Below are positions 13,640 through 26,163 of a stretch of 64,000 nt of DNA, one piece after another. Each line of letters opens with the position of its first letter. Within the stretch, counting starts at the first letter, position 1. Origin of the DNA: Macrostomum hystrix (lineage: Eukaryota > Animalia > Platyhelminthes); NCBI GenBank assembly GCA_950097015.1, contig CATNEN010000012.1, positions 1,550,001 to 1,614,000 on the forward strand. The letters are read 5' to 3'. A program made the position numbers and the translations under genes. Under the pieces are notes generated by a model. It did no database searches and was not told the DNA's origin. It was given only the letters and a program-made list of their open reading frames with translations.

Positions 13640-14882
13640 CAGAAGTACCAGACCTTAGACCAGCACCCTCCACTCCAAGCCTTAGACCAGCACACCCACT
13701 CCAGGCCTTAGACCAGCACCCTCCACTCCAAGCCTTAGACCAGCATCCCCCACACCAGGCCATAGACCAGCAACCCCCACTCCAGGCCTTAGACCAGCAC
13801 CCTCCACTCCAGGCCTTAGACTAGCACACCCACTCCAAGCCTTAGACTAGCACACCCACTCCAAGCCTTAGACTAGCACACCCACTCCAAGCCTTAGACT
13901 AGCACACCCACTCCAGGCCTTAGACCAGCAACCCAATACTCTCAGACCATAGATCTAGCAATCTACCACTTCCAGTTTACCAGACACTCCAGGCATTAGA
14001 CCGGTGACCCCACTCAAGGCCTTAGACCGGTGACCCCACTCAAGGCCTTAGACCAGTGACCCCACTCAAGGCCTTAGACCGGTGACCCCACTCCAGGCCT
14101 TAGACCAGTGGCCCCACTCAAGGCCTTAGACCGGTGACCCCACTCCAAGCCATAGACCAGCAACCCCCACTCCAGGCCTTAGACCAGCACCCTCCACTCC
14201 AAGCCATAGACCAGCAACCCCCACTCCAGGCCATAGACCAGCAACCCCCACTCCAGGCCATAGACCAGCACCCCCCACTCCAGGCCATAGACCAGCAACC
14301 CCCACTCCAGGCCATAGACCAGCAACCCCCCACTCCAGGCCATAGACCAGCACCCCCCACTCCAGGCCTTAGACCAGCAACCCCCACTCCAGGCCTAAGA
14401 CCAGCACCCTCCACTCCAGGTCTTAGACCAGCACCCTCCACTCCAGGCCTTAGACCAGCAACCCCCACTCCAAGCCTTAGACCAGCAACCCCCACTCCAA
14501 GCCTTAGACCAGCAACCCCCACTCCAAGCCTCAAACCAGCAACCCCCACTCCAGGCCATAGACCAGCAACCCCCACTCCAAGCCTCAAACCAGCAACCCC
14601 CACTCCAGGCCATAGACCAGCAACCCCCACTCCAGGCCTAAGACCAGTAACCCCCACTCCAGGCCTAAGACCAGCACCCTCCACTCCAGGCCTTAGACCA
14701 GCAACCCCCACTCCAGGCCTAAGACCAGCACCCTCCACTCCAGGCCATAGACCAGCAACCCCCACTCCAAGCCTCAAACCAGCAACCCCCACTCCAGGCC
14801 ATAGACCAGCAACCCCCACTCCAAGCCTCAAACCAGCAACCCCCACTCCAGGCCATAGACCAGCACCTTCCACTCCAGGCCA
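13640..14882. repeat. 26-27-bp tandem repeat (about 45 copies) between PMCA terminal exons 2 and 3
   Basis: Unit CCAGCAACCCCCACTCCAGGCCTTAGA; explains the Pro-rich and Gly-rich ORFs in 14118-14949. Confidence 0.95.
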
Positions 14883-15483
14883 AGAGCCAAGAGTGTTATT
14901 TCTCTACGTGATTTTCATTTTGCTCCTGACCAACAGCTTCTCAGTGTAAACCTCCGCCGCTCCGCGCTTGTGCACTCGAACACATTCGCACAATGGCTCG
15001 CTCGCGCACACGTGTTCTCGTATTACTACTGCTCTACAACTGCAGAACTACATGTATTTCCACAGCAATTTTCGTCTAATTGTTCCGTTGTCCCATGACC
15101 AAAAAATCCTGGCAAAATTCAACTAAAGTCAAGCGCAATGTACATGTATATTGATAGGCCATGGCAGGATTCCAAAAGACTATGCTTTTTACAAGCACTT
15201 GCATCAAAGCTAGTTTATTATATCGTGCTCAGTCAAAACATAGTTTATAACTTTTGTTTTATTCCCGATCGACTATTTATTAAGTTTGGTTTTGTCTACG
15301 TGAACCCTTTAATGTCGTGTGAATATTTAAATCGAGCATAATCTTTACAAAGGTGCAATCGTATCTACCGATTTGCCAGAATTGAGCGGGTTAATAAAAC
15401 TCGCTTTCATCCTCCAGCTCCAAGACAGTAGCAATTTATTGCTTAAATGATTGATTTCCATAACTGCATTTGTTTGCCTACAG

Positions 15484-15645
15484 GTTCGCGTGGTAAACGC
15501 ATTCAGAATGGGCCTGGACTCCGACATGGACCGCCGATCAATGAACTCTAGCCTATCCAACAGCCAGTTGGCCCACTTCCTCAAGAGCAACCCGTCTGTT
15601 GAATACGACGACGAAGCCGGGCCACACGCGGAGACACTGGCCTGA
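15484..15645 (+). CDS. PMCA: PMCA alternative terminal exon 3, canonical b-type tail (VRVVNAFRMGLD...HAETLA*)
   Basis: Acceptor TTTGCCTACAG at 15483, phase 0. VRVVNAFR matches the conserved IRVVNAFR of PMCA b forms. Ends in a PDZ-ligand-like ETLA. Confidence 0.92.
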   Translation, partial: VRVVNAFRMGLDSDMDRRSMNSSLSNSQLAHFLKSNPSVEYDDEAGPHAETLA

Positions 15646-18375
15646 GCGGACTGCTTCCCTCAGTGTCGTTGACTTAGTCGCTTAGCGTAAAATAGCCTCT
15701 GTTCCGCAGAACTGGGTATACTTTCTAATTTTTTTCGAGCTAGCTTGTGAAAAAATAGAAAAATCAAACACATTCACTTAAAGCGATTGTTTGTTCAAAT
15801 TCTATTCTAGTTAAAGTTCAAATAACGACTGCTTCGAATAGCAAACCCTGGGCGATATTTTTCGCGTGTCCTGCTGCGAACGAGGCGGAGTGAGGTGGCT
15901 GTGGCATGGCGTGGGGTGTCTGTCACAGGGGTAGGAATTAAGAAGGGCCAGCTGCCGGGCGCTGTGCGTAGGCAACCTGCTCAAAATTTAGAATGGCTCT
16001 TGGGATACGGCAAGCCCTGAGTAAATTAGTTTTCGTATCCTGCTGCGGCGATGTTTTTTATGCAAAAGAACTATCATTTTATCGCTAGTCTAGCTTCCTC
16101 TTTAAGCATTATCCTCAAACAAAAATTTGTTGTGCGTTTTTGACCCAAACTTCTTCTAGTGTGCGTGTTTTGTTGCGCTTTTCTGCTTGTCTCTAAACTC
16201 GACTTTGGCTACCTGCAGTGAATGGTTTGCAGTCGAACGGACAAACAGACATTTTATAATGGAAGCATCAAATTTGCTTTTGTCGTCAAGAGGCAAGTCG
16301 GCGATTCTTTGCTCCGGGTGGTTCTTTTTAGAACACGTACGAAGAACACTTTTGCTACCGTTATACAAATTGATATACTCAAAAAGCACAGTGCATCTAC
16401 AAATATAGCTTTTTGTTGATAAGTCTTATTTTTTATAAGCTTAGTTTTACTTCTACTTCAATTCGGCCCTCTCCGGATCATCTAGTCACTCAACTATATA
16501 CTTTTGCACCAGATTTCCAAGTCAAACTTAAAATTGACCTCAGCATGCAACGATTTCGACAACTGTTGGAACCTGAATTGGTAGAAATCTCGCAGCTTCA
16601 TGCTACCCTGGAACAGAAGTTACTTGGTGAAGGCTACTAGTTCTTATACTATATAGCACTTTTATTTATAGACAATGCAAACAGCTCATTTGGCTATATT
16701 TTTTAATTTGCTAAATATCTCCTTATACATATAGTGTTTGCGTTTTAATTTGTTCATAGAGTCGAACTAGCAAAGAAATTTTCTCACCCATACTGAAACC
16801 TGATTGCCGACAAAGACTATATTACCCTTTTTACTCTTTTTTGTTTTACCCTGCTTCTCTGGCTCATCCGGATATGAAACTGATTAATTATACAGATTTT
16901 ATTGTACACTCTAGACCTTATGTCACGGATATCACTTGTGTTATTTGTCATCCATTTTTATCTTTACTATTCTTATTTTTTGTTATAATTTAATCCTGCA
17001 TATATTTCCTCACGGCTTTGATATTTCGTTACACAATCCAGTTTCAGTTGTTTCAATCTAAACTGGTGTGTTCCTTATCTCATGATGTTTAAAGCTGCAA
17101 TGAGTTAGCGCCCACAGTGCCCTGTCCAATGTCTTCTGCTGTAATCAATTTTTGTCCTCTTGCTTGCGACTGAAATTACCAGAAGCATCGTATTCTAGCT
17201 CTTAAATCTTCTATGGCCCTAAACCAATCCCCTTGGTGCCATGTCGAGCTGGGAAGTAAACTGAGATCACTAGTAACTTATGCATTGTCTTTGAAATCAG
17301 TTGTGTTCGCATGCTAGCTAGTAGATGTGTCATTAGAAATCATTGATACTTGTTTGTTTAGTAAGAGATCGGACTTCTCATCTGTCGTTAAGGTATTTTT
17401 GGAAATAATCGAGAACATTTTATGTTCACAACAGGCCTGTCCAACTGTTGGAGATGGTACATTAAATGGTCCTTTATAATGGACTTACCAATTTATATTG
17501 AATTGGTATTGTTAAGCAATTTTACCCTTTTTCTTTTAATTTAATCAACTACTTGCTTTTTTAACCCGTTAGCAGCTTATCTTGACTAAGCAATAATATT
17601 TTCTGTTGGTTTGCCTCTCGACATAAAAAAGCACACTTCTAAATATTTTTCTAGCTATTATGACTAACAAATCTATATTTTAAACTAACACGTGTTCAGC
17701 AGCTCCTATGTGACTACTAACATGTAGCAAATATTGCTCTATAGTGTTGTTTTCATCAAATGTGTTCTTATATTTTTTATATCGCTCCTTTGTTTCTGCG
17801 TTTCGTTTTCGTAGTATTTTTATTATTCAATTAAATAAACAGCAACACCTGCCCAATAATTTGGTAATTCGTAGCTAAATTAGAGCAAATAACTTCTGAT
17901 CATTAATTTTGTTAGTGTAAGGCCTTTTGTTTAAAGCGACACTACCCTGACCGTTTGTTAAATATCGTAATAATTACTTTTTAAATGCTTTTTTTCAATT
18001 TTACCCTCTTCTTCTTCTAAGTTGACACGGGAGATTATGAAACTATGTGCGCTTGTGTTCATCGCAATCGTATGTTACATCTAATACATATTATTTGAAA
18101 ATTAATACCCGACATGCACTCAATTTAAAGCAAAGACTAAATAAACGCATATGATATTTATAAATACTGTCTTTTAGTTGAAATTTTGACATACAATTTT
18201 TGTCAAACAAAGAAACTCAATATAAATTATAATTTAAATGCACATAGTTTTATTGTCTTCACATGAAATTGTGTTCATTTTTGGCAAGTAATATAATCAT
18301 GCGTAATTTAAAATGTGACTAACGTTTCCCTTTGAGGGCTTCTATTAATATCATTTAAAGTATAAGGACAACTAG

Positions 18376-21015
18376 TGACAGTTCAAGGACCAGTAGCAGT
18401 TCAAGGACCAGTAGCAGTTCAAGGACCAGTAGCAGTTCAAGGACCAGTAGCAGTTCAAGGACCAGTAGTAGTTCAAGGATCAGTAACAGTTCAAGGACCA
18501 GTAGCAGTTTAAGGACCAGTAGCAGTTCAAGGACCAGCAGAATTAGTTCAAGGACCAGTAGCAGTTCAAGGACCAGTAGCACTTCAAGGACCAGTAACAG
18601 TTCAAGGACCAGTAGCAGTTCAATGACCAGTAGTAGTTCAAGGACCAGTAGTAGTTTAAGGACCAGTAGCAGTTTAAGGACCAGTAGCAGTTCAAGGACC
18701 AGCAGAATTAGTTCAAGGACCAGTAGCAGTTCAAGGACCAGTAGCACTTCAAGGACCAGTAACAGTTCAAGGACCAGCAGAATTAGTTCAAGGACCAGTA
18801 GCAGTTCAAGGACCAGTAGCAGTTCAAGGACCAGTAGCAGTTCAAGGACCAGTAACAGTTCAAGGACCAGTAGCAGTTCAAGGACCAGTAGTAGTTCAAG
18901 GACCAGTAGTAGTTCAAGGACCAGTAGTAGTTCAAGGACCAGTAGCAGTTCAAGGACCAGTAGCAGTTCAAGGACCAGCAGAATTAGTTCAAGGACCAGT
19001 AGCACTTCAAGGACCAGTAACAGTTCAAGGACCAGTAGCAGTTCAATGACCAGTAGTAGTTCAAGGACCAGTAGTAGTTTAAGGACCAGTAGCAGTTTAA
19101 GGACCAGTAGCAGTTCAAGGACCAGCAGAATTAGTTCAAGGACCAGTAGCAGTTCAAGGACCAGTAGCACTTCAAGGACCAGTAACAGTTCAAGGACCAG
19201 TAGCAGTTCAATGACCAGTAGTAGTTCAAGGACCAGTAGTAGTTTAAGGACCAGTAACAGTTCAAGGACCAGTAGCAGTTCAAGGACCAGTAGCAGTTCA
19301 AGGACCAGTAACAGTTCAAGGACCAGTAGCAGTTCAATGACCAGTAGTAGTTCAAGGACCAGTAATAGTTTAAGGACCAGTAACAGTTCAAGGACCAGTA
19401 GCAGTTTAAGGACCAGTAACAGTTCAAGGACCAGTAACAGTTCAAGGACCAGCAGAATTAGTTCAAGGACCAGTAGCAGTTCAAGGACCAGTAGCAGTTC
19501 AAGGACCAGTAGTAGTTCAAGGACCAGTAGTAGTTTAAGGACCAGTAACAGTTCAAGGACCAGTAGCAGTTCAAGGACCAGTAGCAGTTCAAGGACCAGT
19601 AGCAGTTCAAGGATCAGTAACAGTTCAAGGACCAGTAGCAGTTCAAGGACCAGTAGCAGTTCAAGGACCAGCAGAATTAGTTCAAGGACCAGTAGCAGTT
19701 CAAGGACCAGTAGCAGTTCAAGGACCAGTAGCAGTTCAAGGACCAGTAACAGTTCAAGGACCAGTAGCAGTTCAAGGACCAGTAGTAGTTCAAGGACCAG
19801 TAGTAGTTCAAGGACCAGTAGCAGTTCAAGGACCAGTAGCAGTTCAAGGACCAGCAGAATTAGTTCAAGGACCAGTAGCAGTTCAAGGAATAGTAGCATT
19901 TCAAGGACCAGTAACAGTTCAATGACCAGTAGTAGTTCAAGGACCAGTAGCAGTTCAAGGACCAGTAGCAGTTCAAGGACCAGTAGCAGTTCAAGGATCA
20001 GTAACAGTTCAAGGACCAGTAGCAGTTCAAGGACCAGTAGCAGTTCAAGGACCAGTAGCAGTTCAAGGACCAGTAGCAGTTCAAGGACCAGTAGCAGTTC
20101 AAGGACCAGTAGCAGTTCAAGGACCAGTAGCAGTTTAAGGACCAGTAGTAGTTCAAGGACCAGTAGCAGTTCAAGGACCAGTAGCAGTTCAAGGACCAGT
20201 AGCAGTTCAAGGACCAGTAGCAGTTCAAGGACCAGTAGCAGTTCAAGGACCAGTAGTAGTTCAAGGACCAGTAGCAGTTCAAGGACCAGTAGCAGTTCAA
20301 GGACCAGTAGCAGTTCAAGGACCAGTAGCATTTTAAGGACCAGTAGTAGTTCAAGGACCAGTAGCAGTTCAAGGACCAGTAGCAGTTCAAGGACCAGTAG
20401 CAGTTCAAGGACCAGTAACAGTTCAAGGACCAGCAGAATTAGTTCAAGGACCAGTAGCAGTTCAAGGACCAGCAGAATTAGTTCAAGGACCAGTAGCAGT
20501 TCAAGGACCAGTAGCAGTTCAAGGACCAGTAGTAGTTCAAGGATCAGTAACAGTACAAGGACCAGTAGCAGTTTAAGGACCAGTAGCAGTTCAAGGACCA
20601 GCAGAATTAGTTCAAGGACCAGTAGCAGTTCAAGGACCAGTAGCAGTTCAAGGACCAGTAACAGTTCAAGGACCAGTAGCAGTTCAATGACCAGTAGTAG
20701 TTCAAGGACCAGTAGTAGTTTAAGGACCAGTAACAGTTCAAGGACCAGTAGCAGTTTAAGGACCAGTAACAGTTCAAGGACCAGTAACAGTTCAAGGACC
20801 AGTTCAAGGACCAGTAGCAGTTCAAGGACCAGTAGTAGTTCAAGGACCAGTAGTAGTTCAAGGACCAGTAACAGTTCAAGGACCAGTAGCAGTTCAAGGA
20901 CCAGTAGCAGTTCAAGGACCAGTAGCAGTTCAAGGACCAGTAGCAGTTCAAGGACCAGTAACAGTTCAAGGACCAGTAGCAGTTCAAGGACCAGTAGCAG
21001 TTCAAGGACCAGTAG
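18376..21015. repeat. 18-bp satellite (about 145 copies) with 21-bp variant units and block duplications
   Basis: Unit GTTCAAGGACCAGTAGCA and variant GACCAGCAGAATTAGTTCAAG; lies between the convergent PMCA and NELF-A 3' ends. Confidence 0.97.
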
Positions 21016-22221
21016 TAGTGTTGTCATGCTAATAAACTTTTATTTGTGCCAACGTGTAAGTCAGTTCACTTATTTAAGAACCGTTTGCGGTTCCATTGTC
21101 GCGTGTACAGTAAGAATGTGAGCTTTAAAGGGACCCGAATAAATTTTGTAAAAAAGTCAAGAACCCCTTGCTGGGCTAAAAGCTGCTTTAGCTCATCTGA
21201 AAATATTGCGTGCATGAGTAACTTGTTACACTTGTATAAAACTAACAAATAGTTTAATGCCTAAACCGCAACGCCTGGTAGTTCAAAGCCTTAATTATAA
21301 ACTTATTATTTTAAAGTGCCTAATATACTAAACGTATAGAACAAATTCGAGTGATTAATAAAAGGAAAAATTTTGAGACTACAGAATATGTAATTAGTAA
21401 TTAGCAATAAAACAGGTTAAAATACATGCGCTTAGCATATTTTTATGCAGTTATATAGTCAGGATTTATTAAATGTATATGAACTGGTGGCAGCTTGCAG
21501 GCGAACGAGCAATGCTCTGCGACAGACAAAAATATTAACGAAAATATAAAATAAACTAATAATTAGCGGATGCTGAGCTAAACAAATATCTTCGATTTCA
21601 AAAAAAGAAAAACCAAGAGGCAAAGCATGGAACTTCGCTTCGGTCATACTGGATAATGAGGCTAAGCAAGATTATGGAGCGAACGGAAACGGATAATTGT
21701 GATAGCTGCCATTGTGAGCCAGCCATTGTGGCTGCAAAGATTTTGTCCTCAATTTTTTTTGATGCAATGTAGACTGAATGTAATGAAAGCATACATAATT
21801 TTTCCTTTAAATTACATGGTATGTACATTAAAAGTACATTGTATGCACATTCAAAGTACACCAGATGAACATTCCGAGTAGAAAAATATTAACTATTAAC
21901 GCACACGGTATGCACAAGAAATATACATAATTAGCACATTCAGAGCACATAAAACTTAGATTCGAAGTAAACTGAATATACTTTAGTGCACATGCACAAT
22001 GCATTTAGACTGATTCTGTGTTTTATGCTGTTTTATTCTGTGTTTCATTAGCGAGTACGAGCTATTTTGTTAATCGTTTTTGGCTAACCTTAAAATAATA
22101 GAGAACTCTGACTGCATAACTATAACAAAGCTAATTTGCAAAAATACCAAACAAACTATAAAAACTCAGCGCACTATGCATAACTTAGCTTTAATGTAAA
22201 GTTTAGTACCTCAAATAGAAA

Positions 22222-25200
22222 TCACTGCTGCTGCTGCTGCTGAGGCCGCAGATATTCTAGCCTGGCCAGAACCTCAGGCGCGCCCTCCTTGTACCGCTTA
22301 ACAATGGTCCAATCGCCAGTGGAATAGTCCATCTGAAAATACTGATCGGCCACAACGTCTTTATAGACGCGCTGATTCTGATCGAACACCCGCTCCTTGT
22401 ACTCGGACAGGTGAATGCGGACAAGGTGGCCTAACTCTGGGGTCAGGTTGGTTCGATTTCCGCCAATGAAAGCAACAATGAGGGACTTCTCAGGCTTAGT
22501 AAGCTTATTTGCTGTGGCGAACAGTTCGGCAGCTGCCCGGGTCTGCTCTGGAGTGAGCGGCTGATGCTGCAGCTGGTGCTGATGCTGCAATGGCTGCTGC
22601 TGCTGCTGCTGTTGCTGGTTAGGCAACTGCTGCTGCACAGGGTAGGGCCGATTGACCAGCTGAACTACGGTGATGTTGTTTGGCGTAGCCGAAGCAGTCT
22701 AGACAAATAATGGGAATAAATTAGTAGCCAATAAGTAAAACCAGAGGTTCAGAGCGTCATAAATTTGTTTAACAGAAGCCAAATATGATATCCCAATGCT
22801 AGATCCTAGATGTATATTACTTCCCATTTCCCAAATGAATAAATATAAATAATCCCTTTTCCAGATGAATAAATATGAATAATCCCATCTCCCAGATGAG
22901 TAAATATGAATACTCCCAGTTCCCAGATGGATAAAATTTAATAATCCCAGTTCCCAGGTGGATAAAATTTAATAATCCGATTTCCCAGATGGAAAATTTT
23001 TTTTATCTCATTTCCCAGGTGGGTGAAATTTAATGACCCTATTTCCCAGATGGATAAAGTTGAATAATCCCATTTCAAAGAGTGATTACCGGTTGGCTAT
23101 AAGCGAACAAAGTTGGTTGTTGCATTTGGCCAGCATAGGCAGAGGCGAATGGCAGCAAGTAGCTTGGAGTTGGAGCCGCAGCTGGTGCTTGCTGCTGCTG
23201 CTGCTGCGGCTGCTGCTGGGAATTCGCGGGTGTCAGGCGCAGCGACGGCAGAGTGGCTGGCACAACAGACGGTGATTGCGTTGCCGCAGCCATTGGAGAC
23301 AGAAGTTGCGGCAGCGGGCCGCTCATGGAAGTACCAGAGTTGTAGGCAGTGTGAGTTGCCATGGATACGTTCGCTTGAGCACTGCCGCGGCCAACATTAA
23401 TGACCGATGACGAAGGAGGCGCGGATGCTGCTGCTGCTGCTGCAGCAGCGGCGGCAGCGGCGGCGGAGGCAGCGGCTGCTTCGGCGGCGGCTGCCTCTTC
23501 AGTCTCCTTGGCAACTGCCTGCTTTCTGCAACACATGCCGATGATTGTAAAGCTTAATAACTGTAGCCCTCTCTACGCTCATCCCAATCTCACCTGGCCT
23601 CCCATCCACTCAATCCCAATCTCACCTGGCCTCCCATCCACTCAATCCCAATCTCACCTGGCCTCCTATCCACTCAATCCCAATCTCACCTGGCCTCCTA
23701 TCCACTCAATCCCAATCTCACCTGGCATCCCATCCACTCAATCCCAATCTCACCTGGCCTCCCATCCACTCAATCCCAATCTCACCTGGCCTCGTCGGCT
23801 TCCCTGGCTTGGGCAGCCCTGGCTGCGGCCTCCTCCTTGGCGGCCCGCTCCTCCTGACGCCGTCGCTCCGTCTCTTCCTGACGTCGGCGAGCTTTGGCGG
23901 CTCGGCCGATGGCTGGCGGCTCTGACAGCTCAATTAGTTTAGTTGTTCGCTGCTGCTGCTGCTGCTGCTGCTGAGACTGCGGATGCGTCTGATGATGATG
24001 CAGGCCGATTGGGCCGCCCGGAGTTGACGGCGGATTGATGGAGCGCTGCCTGGCCAGCAGGTGCAACGGCGGCGCAGGTTGGCTGGTTCGTTGGCGCATC
24101 TGTAGCATTAAAATAGTGACGCACCGTTTGATTTATCGGGTAAACGGCGGGAGCAACTATGACTAAGTGATATCTAACATGTACAAACCTGAGACATCGG
24201 TAGCCGATGCCCGCCAGACGATAGCGAGGACGGCTGCGGCCGCCTTCCAGACGTTGACGATGACGAAGATTCGTTCACCGACGTGTCATTGTCATCCTCG
24301 TCGTACCAATTCTTGGCAAAGCTGCGCATTTTAATAGGCGCGGTGTAGCGCCTGCCGCCTTCTTGACCATCGTCTCTCTGTTTGGCGGCCTTCTCTAGTA
24401 TGACACCCATAGCAACAACAGAGCGCGGCTTTCTCACAATGACAAAATGCCTCTGCTGCTGCTGCTGCTGTGCTTCCGGACAGCCCAAATCGACCAGAAC
24501 ATCGGGATTGACAAACTCAGCTTCCATGGGCAGGGAGCTCAGGCGCCAAAGTCGTTTAGTTTGTACAGTGGTTAGAGCATCGGCCACCAATGGATTGTCC
24601 TCCAGGCCAGTACGCAAGTAGCCCAGTGATGGCAGGGTGTACAGCATGTCAGCAATGGGCCTGACCCAGCTCTCGCTGCCTTCACTAAGAGCCACATTGA
24701 ATATTGCATCAATGTGAGGGCGCCACTAGGAATAGGGAATCAGAGCAGATGGATGCATTAGTAATCAGTGAATGAGAAGTACTTTGTAAGGTCCCATTTT
24801 TACTGTAAATATTTTCTAAATAGCACATTTCTTGTTGTTAGGCATTCTTCTCATTTGAAAGACTTGTTAGAAAGAGCACTTAAAAATAAAACATAATCTA
24901 TAACATAGATTAATAAAAACAGTATTTTAATAATGACACTTTCCCTAACCCAGTTGGGGGCACAGTTAACAATAGCTAGTAGCATAGATATATCCCAGTA
25001 TAGCTGCTTCATTTGTGGACTTATGGGCTACAAGTTCCTAGATCCCAGTTCAGTTCTCAACAATGCTAAAACAATTTGTGTCATTAAACAAGCCTCTTAA
25101 ATCTACATTGCTTCAGTTCACCTAGCTTGTTAAATAGGTACAGGTATTTTAGCAATGAGTAATAAAGTGTGGGTGTTGTGTCTACCCAGTCCATCAACTG

Positions 25201-26163
25201 AAACAGCCATATGCTGCCTTGAGATGTCCTGCATGTCCTGATAAGCGGGCCATGTGTAATCACTGATTATAAGTTATATCCAAAGTTAATGCATCATAAC
25301 TGTCATTAACAATTATGCTAAAGCAATTGTTACATAAGTCATTCAGCAATAACTCCTAAAGACCTACTTGGATGCTTAAAACCATTTTGGTGCCAACTAG
25401 AAAGATTAGTGTTGGGTTGCAAATTTTGGATTTAGTTATTCAGATTAGGATATTTAGGATTTTCAGGAAAAAAACATGGACTTTTAGATTTTGAAATCTT
25501 TGTGTCTTTCAAATATGCTTCTGAATGTTTTGCAAAATTCTATAAAAATTTTAATTAGAAAACAACTACAATATTGTACCACACTAGCATCAATATTTAA
25601 ATTTTGCTCTTTAATTATTACTTTTTTATTTATAGGCCTAAGAAAGTTATGTTTGAAACTAGGTTTTAGTATTATACTCGTATATATTTAATTTTAATGT
25701 TCAAGATTAGAAGTAGGGATTTTCTTAGCTAACTATCACAGGGCTTTTCAAAGATTTAACAGATAAGCAAAATTTCAAAAATTAAAATAATAACTCTTTG
25801 ATCATTGAAATTTAATAAGATGTTAGGTCTAAAAGTGTTTCTATCTCCCAAAAATCTCACTTTGGGAAGTGAGTAGCTAGTTTAAATAATGTACAATCTT
25901 AAGTCCTATTTAAACAGAGAATATATTAAATTACTTACTTGATCTGAGTTTCTTTGTGGCATATTGCACAATGCAAGAAGAAGCTTTGTTTTTAAACATT
26001 CTGTCAAGTTACTGAAGTTTCCTGATGAGTAAATATCACTTAGTGCTTTTAATTTCTCTTCTGTAAAACAAGCAGTTACACTTGTTGGAATCCAATAATC
26101 AAAACTTTCCCCACTTAATCTTTTGTGCCACTCAATCACCTCCTCAGTTGGCTGAGCTGCCAT
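22222..26163 (-). CDS. NELFA: Negative elongation factor A, 5 exons, about 662 aa
   Basis: Exons (minus) 26163-25939, 24725-24189, 24099-23786, 23525-23090 and 22698-22222 are GT-AG and phase-compatible. The N-terminus (WHKRL..WIPTSV..LKTKLLLAL, SWVRPIADML, LPMEAEFVN, RHFVIVRKPRS) and KLIELSE match NELF-A. The C-terminus LTPEQTRAAAELFATANKLTKPEKSLIVAFIGGNR..IHLSE..VADQYFQMDYSTGDWTIVKRY matches the conserved NELF-A tail. Confidence 0.93.
22820..23075. repeat. Degenerate ~31-bp tandem repeat in NELF-A intron 4
   Basis: Unit approximately TTCCCAGATGAATAAATATGAATAATCCCAT. Confidence 0.8.
23579..23792 (-). repeat. 32-bp tandem repeat filling NELF-A intron 3; each unit contains the exon 3/intron junction
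   Basis: Minus-strand unit AGGCCAG|GTGAGATTGGGATTGAGTGGATGGG; plus-strand CTCACCTGGC at 23589, 23621, 23653, 23685, 23717, 23749 and 23781. Confidence 0.95.

Noticed and set aside
13417-14949. Pro-rich, Gly-rich and WSGGC-repeat ORFs
   Set aside because: Translations of the 27-bp array.
16413-16640. ORF ending ...LEQKLLGEGY as a further PMCA terminal exon
   Set aside because: The available acceptor (CACCAG) is out of phase with the phase-0 donor, and there is no PMCA similarity.
18355-21121. 890-aa Leu-rich and 832-aa Ser-rich ORFs
   Set aside because: Both are translations of the 18-bp satellite whose unit lacks stops in those frames. There is no unique sequence or splice context.
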